In this document: in pieces, positions 1-9,453 of the stretch
Numbering within the stretch: the stretch's first letter is position 1
Layout of the letters: each line of letters starts with the position of its first letter
Source: Gammaproteobacteria bacterium
Lineage (GTDB): Bacteria; Pseudomonadota; Gammaproteobacteria; SZUA-140
Reading direction: 5' to 3'
DNA: 64,000 nucleotides
Assembly: GCA_015491865.1 (NCBI GenBank)
Contig: WFVD01000015.1
Span: 225,430-289,429, forward strand
Made by a program: the position numbers and the translations under genes
The notes under the pieces: generated by a model
What the model was told of the DNA's origin: nothing
Database searches by the model: none
The model's input: only the letters and a program-made list of their open reading frames with translations

Positions 1-1625
1 CGATGCAGTAACTTCCCAGCGATTATTTCTGCAGTATTTTTATGCGCCTTCGCAGCACGACTGTTTTTCTCTGCCCTTTTACCAATCTCCTGATGAACCT
101 GGTGAAAACCGGCATTATGCTCATCCATAAAGGCAGTCAAATCTGCCAGGCAGGTTTCAAAAAGTTCAACATCCCCCTGAAACTCATGCATCAGACACAT
201 CACAATCGATTCAATTTTTTTATAGACCAGATCACTGCTCTTTTCACCTTCTACTACAGCATTAACCGTCTGTCCGGCAATCGTTAGCTGGTTCAATAGC
301 ACCCTTGCAGGATGCTCTTTCTGGGAGAAAAATACGCGGTCAATGATCGCTACTTTCAATACGGGAATCTGTAACCGGCCAAGCAGCGCTTTCACATTAT
401 CGGGAAGGTGCTCATCACCCATCAAGTCATCAAATATCATATTGATAACATCAATGGTCTCATCATCAAGCTGGCTTATCCCATCTGAAGAGCCACCTTC
501 ACGCCCGCTAAGCTCTGTTTTGATGTGAGCCTTTAACGCCTCACCTGACATCTCAATGCCAGACTCAAACAGCTCGTTGGTCGCCTGTAAACCAGATAGC
601 GCCTCTATCAACTGTGGTGTGATCGGTGTTGAAACTAATGCCGCCTGCGGCACCGTCCCTGCAACAGCCTCACCAGTAAATAGCCCTGCCAGTTGCTGGA
701 TACCCTGAAAAGCGTGAGGCAAGGGCATCTCTCCTGCAGTTATTCCCGTTCCGGCACCTTCACTAACACTATTAGCCACTCCTTCAACAGGAGCCGTGTA
801 CGCTTGCGGCTGTTGAGTAACGCTGCCGGGTGCAGCTGCATGGGTATGATTGCTACTCCCATCCTGGGCGCTACCCTGCTGCGCTGCTCGTACAGTCGAA
901 GGGTGGTTGACATACTCCGGTGCGGGGCTTTTTTTTACTTTTCTTTTGATCTCAGGCATGACGCCAGCCTGGGCTAAAATATCATTTAGCTCATCGTAAA
1001 GGGAGCCAATAGATTCCAGCAGGCTTCTTTCAAGGGAGCGATAGATGGCCAGCTTGACCTTGATATCAAGCTCCAGTGGCTGCAGTATCTCTTCAAAGGC
1101 ACTGCAGATGGTGGCAGAACCAAAGGGCACTCTCCCTTCTTCCATGTCATGCTCAGGCAATAAGCAACTCAAACGCTGCTCCAGTGCATACAGCTCATCG
1201 CTACAGTGCTCAAATATTTTCGAGGTGATCTGCTCAACAACCAGCGACTCCTCTAATTGTGACTCTTCAACGAGAGTCAGCGCATCATCCAGATCCTCAA
1301 TGGAATCGCCATGACGATCACGTTGATTAAGTGCCTGATTAAGTAGCCTCGAATAGCTTAAATGAAACTGTCTGGCGAGGTTGTCGTGCTCACTGCGTAG
1401 CTGGCGCATTGCTTCGCTGTAGCGTTGCGCCTTGGTAAATTCATGAGTGGTCTCCATCAATTTAGTCAGATCATTTCTCACCTGCTTGGCCAGCAGTTCA
1501 AACACTCTATCGACGTAAGTTTCAGAAGATCTCTGGCACTGTTTTATGAGCGCACGCACCCGTGAGCGAGGCAGGGTAACTCCTTGCTCTTTTTCTTCGA
1601 GAAATGGTTTTTCCTCGTCACTCAT
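1..1625 (-). CDS. DUF1631-family protein (3' end runs off the window; absent from the ORF track)
   Basis: ATG at 1625. The parts translated by hand read MSDEEKPFLE..LTLVEESQLEESL..LYDELNDILAQAGVMPEI..IDVINMIFDDLIGDEHLPDNVKALLGRLQIPVLKVAIIDRVFFSQKEHPARVLLNQL, motifs typical of DUF1631. Confidence 0.8.
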   Translation of the reverse strand, partial: MSDEEKPFLEEKEQGVTLPRSRVRALIKQCQRSSETYVDRVFELLAKQVRNDLTKLMETTHEFTKAQRYSEAMRQLRSEHDNLARQFHLSYSRLLNQALNQRDRHGDSIEDLDDALTLVEESQLEESLVVEQITSKIFEHCSDELYALEQRLSCLLPEHDMEEGRVPFGSATICSAFEEILQPLELDIKVKLAIYRSLERSLLESIGSLYDELNDILAQAGVMPEIKRKVKKSPAPEYVNHPSTVRAAQQGSAQDGSSNHTHAAAPGSVTQQPQAYTAPVEGVANSVSEGAGTGITAGEMPLPHAFQGIQQLAGLFTGEAVAGTVPQAALVSTPITPQLIEALSGLQATNELFESGIEMSGEALKAHIKTELSGREGGSSDGISQLDDETIDVINMIFDDLMGDEHLPDNVKALLGRLQIPVLKVAIIDRVFFSQKEHPARVLLNQLTIAGQTVNAVVEGEKSSDLVYKKIESIVMCLMHEFQGDVELFETCLADLTAFMDEHNAGFHQVHQEIGKRAEKNSRAAKAHKNTAEIIAGKLLH

Positions 1626-1674
1626 TTACAGCCATTGCCTCGACGCCTGTTTTCATTGAATGATCTGTATAACC

Positions 1675-1701
1675 TTATCGGTTAACTTTAACTTAACTTT
1701 A
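1675..1701 (-). promoter_or_regulatory. sigma28 (FliA)-type promoter
   Basis: Minus strand reads TAAA-N15-ACCGATAA, about 50 nt upstream of the DUF1631 start. Confidence 0.75.
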
Positions 1702-1763
1702 ATAAAATCAATTACTAACAAAGTTATTTAGATGCCTTCCCTGGCGCTAAAACAACCGTCCTG

Positions 1764-2489
1764 TCACCCTCTGGCACTCCCTGCCATCAATGGGGCAGGG
1801 TGTGAGCGGCGGCTAACTGAAGAGTGCGCCGCCAACCACTTCACCAGAGGGAGCCATTGCGACAGTTCAAGCCGAACCGTTTGAGGGCTTAATTCATGTA
1901 CTCCCAGACCAGATTCAACGGCACGAATATAGTTATCAGTATCTGCTAATGCAGCGACAAACGGAATATGAAGTTCATCGAGAAAGTGCTTTAGTGGCCG
2001 GTAAAGTGCCTTTTTAGCGCGAATGCGGTTCGCCACCACGCCAATGACGGTATGATTTTGACGACATGCATTGATGATCAGTTTCAGCTCATAAATAAAC
2101 TCAGATGAGGCGTGGATGTCGATCGGAGATGGCACAACCGGTACGATAATCACATCCGCTTTTATCACCATCTCATTCAGTATCTTTTTGCACATACCAG
2201 CCGGCGCATCAATCACCACACGCTCAGTGTTATATGGAATGCTAAGCTGAAACGTCCGTGTGACACCAGTTTTAAAATGACTCGCGTCTACCATGTGAAT
2301 GGCAGGGGAATCGCTCTGTTCACGCAGATGGCTCCAATGGAGACTGGATCCCTGAGGGTCGTAGTCCATCAGTGCTGTTTTCAGGTGTGATGCTGCAAAG
2401 AGGCTCGCCAGGTTCGAAGCGATAGTCGTTTTACCGCTCCCGCCTTTCGAATTAATCACTAACACCGTCTGCATATCCGCCTGCTCCAT
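1764..2489 (-). CDS. ParA/MinD-family ATPase (no adjacent parB)
   Basis: Deviant Walker A KGGSGKTT, DYDPQGS, VIDAPAG, PVVPSPIDI. Confidence 0.9.
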   Translation of the reverse strand: MEQADMQTVLVINSKGGSGKTTIASNLASLFAASHLKTALMDYDPQGSSLHWSHLREQSDSPAIHMVDASHFKTGVTRTFQLSIPYNTERVVIDAPAGMCKKILNEMVIKADVIIVPVVPSPIDIHASSEFIYELKLIINACRQNHTVIGVVANRIRAKKALYRPLKHFLDELHIPFVAALADTDNYIRAVESGLGVHELSPQTVRLELSQWLPLVKWLAAHSSVSRRSHPAPLMAGSARG

Positions 2490-2659
2490 TTTCAGTCACA
2501 GGGGACGGCTCACATGTCAGACAAAGGCTCAGCGGCCAGCTACTAGCTAAGGAGTCATCCCCTTCATACTGATTGAGTCGGCACCAGCGCGGTATTTATT
2601 AAGCAAACCAGTGGCTATTGAGCCTGCAGGCTCAACAACTACTAACCGTAAGGCACGGC

Positions 2660-4063
2660 TCAATTATCTGTTTTTTCGTGAATGCCAGCTTTTTCTACGG
2701 GCTTGCTACAGCTCAGCAGCCATACATAACCGGCCACACCAGCAATAACTGACCCAGCCAAAACACCTGTTTTTGCCATTAGCAGATATTCAGCCTGACC
2801 AGCAAAGCCGAGTTCTGCAACAAAGATAGACATTGTAAAACCGATACCGCTCAGCAGCGCGACTCCACAGATCTGCGCAAAAGAGACCCCTTCTGGCAGG
2901 CGGCAGAGCCCCAGCTTCAGTGCCACCCAGCTGATGCCGGCAACTCCGATAAACTTACCGGCAATCAGGCCCGCAATCACACCGAGCGCTACCGGGTGGC
3001 TAAGTGTTTCACCGAGGGATAAGAAATCAATCGGAATGCCGGCATTGATAAAGGCAAACAGTGGAATAACCAGAAAAGCCACGGGCATGTGCATGCTGTG
3101 CTCCAGGCGTTGCAGTGGTGTTTCAACGGCGTGCACACCATCTTCCAGTGTCTGCACAATCGCCTTCTGCTCATCATTTTTCATAATGCTTTCACCGGGG
3201 CGATAACTTCTGTCAAAACGGGCGATCAGCTCTTTTACACGCTGGCTAAAGAGTACCGGATCATATTTTGGACGAGCCGGGATCATCAACGCTGTCAGGA
3301 CACCCGCCAACGTTGCATGAACACCTGATTTTAACAGTGCAAACCACAGCAATGTACCAATCAGAAAATAGGGCAGCGGTTTACGAATACCGACCACATT
3401 AAAAAAGACTAGTACCGCAAAAAGTAAACAGCCGATCAGCAACGGCTCCATCATCACCTGCTCGGTGTAAAAAATTGCAATGACGAGCACTGCGCCAAGA
3501 TCATCAACAATTGCCAGTGCAACAAGAAAAGTGATCAGCGCCTTTGGTACACGACTTCCCAGCAGTACGAGCGCACCAATCGCAAAAGCGATATCAGTCG
3601 CCATCGGAATCCCCCAGCCATGCGCTCCCGCTGTGCCTGCATTGATCGCGTAGTAGATTAACGCCGGAATCAACATCCCACCGATAGCTGCAAGAATAGG
3701 CAAAACAGCCTGTTTAGGCTCAGCCAGTTCGCCCACCAATATTTCGCGTTTTAGCTCCAGCCCGACGACAAAAAAGAAGAGTGCCATCAGCCCATCATTC
3801 ACCCAGTGGTGGAGTGTCTTTTCAATCTCCCAGCTGCCAACGGCTAGTCCGATTTTGGTGTGGACAAAATGCTGGTAAGCCTCTGCGTAGAGGCTGTTAG
3901 CGGCGACGAGCGCCAGCAGGGCGCAGGCCATCAATAAAAAGCCACTCGTGGTCTCGCGGTGAATAAACTCTTCAAAGGGGGTTACGACACGATCAAACGT
4001 CTTTTCCCAGGGGGCAAAATACTTACGCTGGCTCGATTGGTTGTCAGGCTGCTGCTGTTCCAT
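2660..4063 (-). CDS. nhaA: Na+/H+ antiporter NhaA
   Basis: WVNDGLMALFFFVVGLELKRE, GWGIPMATDIAFA, ALAIVDDLGA, GIGFTMSIF. Confidence 0.97.
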   Translation of the reverse strand: MEQQQPDNQSSQRKYFAPWEKTFDRVVTPFEEFIHRETTSGFLLMACALLALVAANSLYAEAYQHFVHTKIGLAVGSWEIEKTLHHWVNDGLMALFFFVVGLELKREILVGELAEPKQAVLPILAAIGGMLIPALIYYAINAGTAGAHGWGIPMATDIAFAIGALVLLGSRVPKALITFLVALAIVDDLGAVLVIAIFYTEQVMMEPLLIGCLLFAVLVFFNVVGIRKPLPYFLIGTLLWFALLKSGVHATLAGVLTALMIPARPKYDPVLFSQRVKELIARFDRSYRPGESIMKNDEQKAIVQTLEDGVHAVETPLQRLEHSMHMPVAFLVIPLFAFINAGIPIDFLSLGETLSHPVALGVIAGLIAGKFIGVAGISWVALKLGLCRLPEGVSFAQICGVALLSGIGFTMSIFVAELGFAGQAEYLLMAKTGVLAGSVIAGVAGYVWLLSCSKPVEKAGIHEKTDN

Positions 4064-4235
4064 TATATAACTTCTCTAATATCAACCTGGTTTACTACGC
4101 CAGGTAAGGGGGGAATTCATCCCCGAAATACCGCCCAATGACTACTGCCGGCTAAATTCCGAGAGCGGGATATTATACGCAGATATTACAGTGATGTCTC
4201 TCTAATTCAGCTGTGGAGACGCCTGAAAAGAGGCG

Positions 4236-4655
4236 CTAGCCTACCACTGTGGTAGCCACTTCTGGTGCCAGTAATGCACCAGTAAATATCATCATCGGGC
4301 GTGTGATCAAAATGCCTAGCCCCTGGGCTCTGTGGTCTTTTTTTAGTGCGATGACCCGCTCCGCCTCCTCTTTGCCCGAAACAATGGCTCGTGCAACCTG
4401 TACCTGCACGGCGTAAAGGACATAGAGCGTGATCACCAGCATAAAGTGAATCCAGACACCAAAAGTCAGAATATCACCCTGTGCGATTAGCTGGTTGTAC
4501 CAGTCTCGTGTCATAAAAAGATAAATTGGGAAAGTTAAATCAAAAATCAGTAGCGAAACCATCACGCTGATATGAAATGTACGAATATGGGCAAAGTAAA
4601 AAGCGGCAAACTGTAACAAACAGGTTGCAGATGCAAATATGATCGCGCCAGTCAT
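4236..4655 (-). CDS. 4-TM membrane protein, DUF420-like
   Basis: Four hydrophobic segments with His residues at or in the helices (FHISVM, IHFML, DHRAQG). Confidence 0.55.
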   Translation of the reverse strand: MTGAIIFASATCLLQFAAFYFAHIRTFHISVMVSLLIFDLTFPIYLFMTRDWYNQLIAQGDILTFGVWIHFMLVITLYVLYAVQVQVARAIVSGKEEAERVIALKKDHRAQGLGILITRPMMIFTGALLAPEVATTVVG

Positions 4656-4816
4656 GCTATATCATTACTCTCAATAATTTAGAGGATCAGTGAAAAACTC
4701 GTCAGGAACCACTTGGACAAAAGTGGATAGTAAGGTGATACTCACCATAACGCCAGCATCCGACAATAAATTGCGCCACCACCATTAACCCCATAAAATA
4801 GTACGGATTACGCTAT

Positions 4817-4944
4817 GGAACCTCTGACTAATTGCCTTATCTGTCATTGCGAGCAAAGCGCGGCAATCTCGACACTAGATGAGCCATTGAGTTAAGCGAT
4901 GACTTCGCCACTTCACTCCTCGTCATGACAATTAATCAGATTCC
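4817..4944. mobile_element. Degenerate MITE with IS5-like ends enclosing a REP-like palindrome
   Basis: Left end GGAACCTCTGACTAATTG; right end reverse complement GGAA--TCTGATTAATTG; flanks CTAT and CTAA; internal TGTCATTGCGAG...CTCGTCATGACA. Confidence 0.55.
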
Positions 4945-4998
4945 CTAACTTATTTTACTGGAAATTTTTTCGAAAAGAGATTATAAGTGTTTTTTGAG

Positions 4999-5044
4999 TC
5001 CGAGAAAATCGATTATTAAACATCAAAGTATCGACTAATACGAA
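4999..5044 (+). promoter_or_regulatory. Putative LysR (NhaR) binding boxes
   Basis: TCCGAGAAAATCGAT (4999-5013) and ATCGACTAATACGAA (5030-5044) are imperfect CG-N7-CG palindromes just upstream of nhaR. Confidence 0.45.
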
Positions 5045-5059
5045 CAATGGTATAGCACA

Positions 5060-5968
5060 ATGAATAGCATCAATTATAAACATCTCCACTATTTCTGGGT
5101 CGTTGCCAGAGAGGGAAGTATTGCGCGGGCGAGCGAGCAGCTCCACCTAACGCCACAGACAATTAGTGGCCAGTTAAGTCTGCTAGAGAAGTCTGTGGGT
5201 AAAAAACTCTTCTCCAGATCGGGTAGAAACCTGGTGCTTACCGAAGCGGGGCGCACCGCGCTCGAATATGCGGATGATATTTTTCTACTGGGGGCTGAAC
5301 TTCAAAATGTACTCTCAAACCGTGCGGTTGAAGGCAGCCCACTGCGATTATCAGTCGGCATCACAGATGTAATTCCAAAACTGATCGCTCACCGCTTACT
5401 TGAACCTGCACTGCAGATCGACGAGCCGGTCCGCATTATCTGCCATGAGGATAGCCTGGATAACCTGTTAACCGATATCGCCGCGCATAAACTGGATGTT
5501 GTGATATCCGATCGCCCCATTCGACCTTCGATGAATGTGCGCGCTTTCAATCACCATCTGGGGTCATGCGATATCACATTTTTTGCCGACGCTAAACTGA
5601 CTGAAAAATATAAGGGGGGGTTCCCCCACTCACTCGATCAGGCGCCGATGCTGCTGCCTGTTGCTGGCAATGCGATCCGGCGTGAGATTATGCAGTGGTT
5701 CGACAGCCTGGGCGTTCGCCCGATCATCGTTGGTGAGTTTGATGACAGCGCATTAATGAAGACCTTTGGGCAGGCGGGTGTGGGGATTTTTGCTGCGCCA
5801 ACCGTCATCACTAACGATATTGAACGACAGCACAATGTGTTTGCAATCGGTTCAACCGATAAAATTCATGAAGAGTTTTATGCCATCTCCCCGGAGCGCA
5901 AGTTAAAACACCCGGGTGTGATTGCCATCAATGACTCAGCCCACAAGAATGTCTTTCCTGAAATGTGA
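5060..5968 (+). CDS. nhaR: LysR-family transcriptional activator NhaR
   Basis: INYKHLHYFWVVAREGSIARASEQLHLTPQTISGQL; EFDDSALMKTFGQAG; divergent from nhaA. Confidence 0.93.
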   Translation: MNSINYKHLHYFWVVAREGSIARASEQLHLTPQTISGQLSLLEKSVGKKLFSRSGRNLVLTEAGRTALEYADDIFLLGAELQNVLSNRAVEGSPLRLSVGITDVIPKLIAHRLLEPALQIDEPVRIICHEDSLDNLLTDIAAHKLDVVISDRPIRPSMNVRAFNHHLGSCDITFFADAKLTEKYKGGFPHSLDQAPMLLPVAGNAIRREIMQWFDSLGVRPIIVGEFDDSALMKTFGQAGVGIFAAPTVITNDIERQHNVFAIGSTDKIHEEFYAISPERKLKHPGVIAINDSAHKNVFPEM

Positions 5969-6280
5969 TTAATCTTCTGCGGTCGCAATTGGGCGCCATG
6001 TTCCGCTAAGCTTTTCAAGCTCACAGTCACTCAAGCGCTCCTCTCCAGCCAGCAGATCACTGGCTATCTCAATCGGCTCACCGTTGTCATCCTGATACCC
6101 CCAGCCACCCTCACTGGTAAGATCAATTAACGTACTGGCGATATCATCGATCCGCATTGAATACTCTGCTGCCAGTTCACGTAGATCTGTCATCTGCAGA
6201 TTGGCCTGTTTTTCGTCGTACGCTTCGCGCAATAACGTGATTAAAAATGGTTTAAGGGAAAGCGGTCCGTGACGAGGCAT
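5969..6280 (-). CDS. Hypothetical protein, paralog of 6300-6644
   Basis: GGAGAG ribosome-binding site (RBS) before ATG 6280; shares EAY, RxDDI, GxWxY and GxWRP with its neighbour. Confidence 0.75.
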   Translation of the reverse strand: MPRHGPLSLKPFLITLLREAYDEKQANLQMTDLRELAAEYSMRIDDIASTLIDLTSEGGWGYQDDNGEPIEIASDLLAGEERLSDCELEKLSGTWRPIATAED

Positions 6281-6299
6281 TCTCAATCTCTCCGATCAT

Positions 6300-6644
6300 T
6301 TAAGCTGTCGCAACTGAATCACGTAATACGGGTCGCCATTCACCCGTAAAACCGCGCAGATCCTTTTCCTGAAGACGTGCATTCACATACAATTGATCCA
6401 GCGTCTCCCTGGTGATTTTGACTGGTGCCGAGTCTTTTATATATTGCCATTCACCATGAATACAGAGTTCAAACATCGTCACCATAATATCATCAAAGCG
6501 GATTTTGTTATCCACCGCGAGCCTATGGAAATCATCTATATTGAGCGCACCTCCCTTCATTCGATAAGCCTCTTTAGCCAGCCCCTCCAGCGCAATATCC
6601 CACTTTGGAACCTCGTCACCACCTACTATCATCGAATCACTCAC
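6300..6644 (-). CDS. Hypothetical protein, paralog of 5969-6280
   Basis: GAGGGG RBS before GTG 6644; same shared motifs. Confidence 0.8.
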   Translation of the reverse strand: MSDSMIVGGDEVPKWDIALEGLAKEAYRMKGGALNIDDFHRLAVDNKIRFDDIMVTMFELCIHGEWQYIKDSAPVKITRETLDQLYVNARLQEKDLRGFTGEWRPVLRDSVATA

Positions 6645-6715
6645 AAGCCACACCCCTCAATACTGGAATTTCACCCATACCAAACCGTAACCACCGGCGT
6701 TACTCCCTTGCGCCT

Positions 6716-6742
6716 CTATCGGCAGTTTTTTGAAAAACCTGA
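6716..6742 (-). promoter_or_regulatory. sigma28-type promoter
   Basis: Minus strand TCAG-N15-GCCGATAG upstream of the paralog pair. Confidence 0.6.
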
Positions 6743-6750
6743 AAAAACTA

Positions 6751-7035
6751 TCATAACTTACTATTTTCTATGTAATTTACCGTTTCATACTTTGGTGGCG
6801 TCTGCAAATAGAAGCCGCTTTCATGGAGTGCCTTCATCACCTCAGTCACATCTGCCTGAGCAAGCTTGCGCGCCTCCGACAGCTCTAGTTCCATCACGAA
6901 CTCAAGCTCCCCTAACAGGCTGGAAAGGGTTTCGGGAATAGAGGAGAGATCATCCTCCTGCCCGGCATCGCGTCTGAGATAGAGATAATAATCAGGTTTT
7001 CTTCCGCTTTTATAGACTGCACAATTTGCTCTCAT
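6751..7035 (-). CDS. ycgL: YcgL domain protein
   Basis: CAVYKSGRKPDYYLYL..RKLAQADVTEVMKALHESGFYLQTPP. Confidence 0.88.
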   Translation of the reverse strand: MRANCAVYKSGRKPDYYLYLRRDAGQEDDLSSIPETLSSLLGELEFVMELELSEARKLAQADVTEVMKALHESGFYLQTPPKYETVNYIENSKL

Positions 7036-7125
7036 TTCTCACCCGGACGTTTTGAATGTTGTTCAATTTTGAGGAAGAGGCATTCTAGTCCTCACATCCC
7101 AATCGAACAAGGAGATGGCTCATTT

Positions 7126-7154
7126 AAAAACAGAAAAGCGCCGCCAGGCGCTTT
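7126..7154 (-). terminator. Rho-independent terminator of the sRNA
   Basis: AAAGCGCC-TGGC-GGCGCTTTT-CTGTTTTT on the minus strand. Confidence 0.8.
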
Positions 7155-7420
7155 ATCAGTAGACTTTTAGATCTATTTTGCAGCATCCCTGCTGCTACAT
7201 TCTTCCCTGTGCTGCCCGCTTAAGGGGGAATAACAGACAGCGACAACTCCGTTTGCCTGTGCGATCCTGCGTTAATGACTGACATCCCTCTCACTCCATT
7301 TTGATCCATCCATTGATGCCAGTCCCTTTGGCCTTCTTCCTGGAATAGTCCTGGTTCGACAGACTACCCATTCATCCCATCAAATAACGACGACAGTGCT
7401 CAACACCTTATCGCTATGAC
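7126..7420 (-). ncRNA. CsrB/RsmZ-like CsrA-sequestering sRNA (5' end approximate)
   Basis: 12 GGA motifs on the minus strand in 7186-7377 versus 2 on plus; hairpins GCAGC-AGGGAU-GCUGC and GGCAA-ACGGAG-UUGUC; ends in an intrinsic terminator. Confidence 0.8.
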
Positions 7421-7589
7421 AGATATATAGCGGCCACAATTCCAGACTCATGAACTCGGATATCACAGTTTTATTAAATAAACCGGTCCTGAGGATCGTA
7501 CCTGGGGTAAAATAGGCGCTGGCATAATCAGCCTGATTTAAAATTATCTCCAGCGACTTCAATATGTTAAAAAAATTAGAAGTGATGTA

Positions 7590-8918
7590 ATGAGCCATTC
7601 TCCAGCTAAAATCGGTTTTGTCAGCCTCGGCTGCCCCAAAGCACTCGTCGACTCAGAACAGATCATCACCCGCCTGCGTGCCGAGGGATACGAAATCAGC
7701 GCCAGTTACGAACAGGCCGATATGGTCGTGGTGAACACCTGCGGCTTCATCGACGCAGCCATCGAAGAGTCACTGGATGCGATTGGCGAAGCAATCAACA
7801 AAAATGGCAAAGTCATCGTCACCGGCTGCCTCGGCGCTCACGGCAACACGATTCATGAGCAATTCCCCGATCTCCTTGCCGTAACAGGCCCACATGCCGC
7901 CCATGAGGTGATGACCGCCATCCATACACACCTGCCCCCGCTTCACGACCCTTACACCAGCCTGGTGCCGCCACAGGGCATCAAGCTCACCCCAAAACAT
8001 TACGCCTACCTGAAGATCTCTGAGGGTTGCAACCATCGCTGCACTTTTTGCATCATCCCCTCACTGCGCGGTGATCTGGTGAGCCGCCCGGTCGGTGAAG
8101 TGATGCAGGAGGCAGAAAACCTCGTCAATGCCGGTGTGCGTGAGCTTCTGGTGATATCACAGGACACCAGTGCCTATGGCGTTGATACCCGCTACAGGCT
8201 CGATTTCTGGAACGGCAAACCGATGAAGACCCAGTTTCTTCCCCTGGTCGAAGCACTCGGGGAGCTCGGTGTGTGGGTGCGCCTGCACTATGTCTACCCC
8301 TACCCACATGTCGATAATCTCATTCCACTGATGGCTGAAGGCAAGATACTCCCTTACCTCGACATCCCGCTTCAGCACGCTAGCCCTTCTATATTAAAGG
8401 CGATGAAACGCCCGGCACACAGTGAAAATACACTGGAACGCATCCGAAAATGGCGCTCAATCTGCCCCGATATCACACTACGCAGCACCTTTGTGGTCGG
8501 CTTTCCTGGTGAAACGGAATCTGATTTCAACTACCTGCTCGATTTTATGCAGGAGGCGCAGCTCGATCGCGTCGGTGCCTTCGCCTACTCCCCTGTTACC
8601 GGTGCGGCCGCCAATACGCTGCCCAACCCCGTACCTGAAGCGATTAAAGAGGAGCGCCTGGCAGAATTCATGGCACTTCAAGCCACTATCAGCGCTAATA
8701 AACGGCAGCAATTAATTGGCAGCGAAATGGTGGTGATTGTCGATGAGGTTAGCGAAACTGGCATCGTGGCACGCTCAGTGGCCGACGCACCGGAGGTCGA
8801 TGGGATCGTTCACATTCCGGAAATTGCAGAACTGGCTACAGGTGACTTTGTCGAGGTCAGAATCACTGGCGCAGATGAACATGATCTCTTTGCTTCGTTA
8901 ATGATTGATAAGCCGTAA
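7590..8918 (+). CDS. rimO: Ribosomal protein S12 methylthiotransferase RimO
   Basis: [12 protein letters not shown], radical-SAM CNHRCTFC, C-terminal TRAM (APEVDG). Confidence 0.97.
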   Translation: MSHSPAKIGFVSLGCPKALVDSEQIITRLRAEGYEISASYEQADMVVVNTCGFIDAAIEESLDAIGEAINKNGKVIVTGCLGAHGNTIHEQFPDLLAVTGPHAAHEVMTAIHTHLPPLHDPYTSLVPPQGIKLTPKHYAYLKISEGCNHRCTFCIIPSLRGDLVSRPVGEVMQEAENLVNAGVRELLVISQDTSAYGVDTRYRLDFWNGKPMKTQFLPLVEALGELGVWVRLHYVYPYPHVDNLIPLMAEGKILPYLDIPLQHASPSILKAMKRPAHSENTLERIRKWRSICPDITLRSTFVVGFPGETESDFNYLLDFMQEAQLDRVGAFAYSPVTGAAANTLPNPVPEAIKEERLAEFMALQATISANKRQQLIGSEMVVIVDEVSETGIVARSVADAPEVDGIVHIPEIAELATGDFVEVRITGADEHDLFASLMIDKP

Positions 8919-9060
8919 CAGATTTACGAATCCCATTGTCCCCTATTACTATTGACCTCTCAATCGATACATGCGAAATTAGCCGCACTATTTTAGTCGA
9001 GATTAGCCACCAGCGTTGGGCCTCGACATTTTTCGGCACTGAGAATGGAGAAATCACAAC

Positions 9061-9180
9061 ATGAGCGTCAACCGCTATAAGCAGCTTAAATATAATACAA
9101 AAGATGTCATAACACTTCTGGTGGCTATTCCAGTCGTCATCACAATCGCCATTCTGATCGTTTCACAGGTCCCTGCATAG
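9061..9180 (+). CDS. Unannotated 39-aa single-pass membrane protein
   Basis: MSVNRYKQLKYNTKDVITLLVAIPVVITIAILIVSQVPA*; GGAG 10 nt upstream; terminator downstream. Confidence 0.65.
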   Translation: MSVNRYKQLKYNTKDVITLLVAIPVVITIAILIVSQVPA

Positions 9181-9220
9181 ATCTCGACCAGATCTGTTTT
9201 TTCTCTGAATCGAGATAAAA

Positions 9221-9250
9221 AAGAGGGAGCCAGTAGCTCCCTTTTTGTTT
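9221..9250 (+). terminator. Rho-independent terminator
   Basis: GGGAGC-CAGTA-GCTCCC followed by TTTTTGTTT. Confidence 0.75.
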
Positions 9251-9453
9251 GCCTGATCGCCGCAGAAAAAGCGTCAGTAGAGGTTTGCTCGTACCAGAAC
9301 AGGTCTGTTTTGCACAGGTGATTCAAAACACCGTATCGATAGCATCGGCATCGGTTCCAACCTTCTGGCGTAAAACAGCCCTGAAGCAACATAAGGGGAC
9401 CACTGTGTTAGTATCCACACTAAACAAACCTTGCCTGAGAGAATAGCTGCAGC

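Noticed and set aside
42-1314. Four short plus-strand ORFs in the track
   Set aside because: They are antisense shadows of the long minus-strand DUF1631 gene.
6393-6941. 182-aa plus-strand ORF
   Set aside because: It overlaps two better-supported minus-strand genes and has no recognisable motif.
7186-7377. Recurrent CATCC/TCC motifs as a possible CRISPR or tandem repeat
   Set aside because: The motifs are too short and irregularly spaced; they are better explained as CsrA-binding GGA sites.
7380-7598. 72-aa minus-strand ORF
   Set aside because: It covers the rimO/sRNA promoter region and has no RBS or protein-like features.
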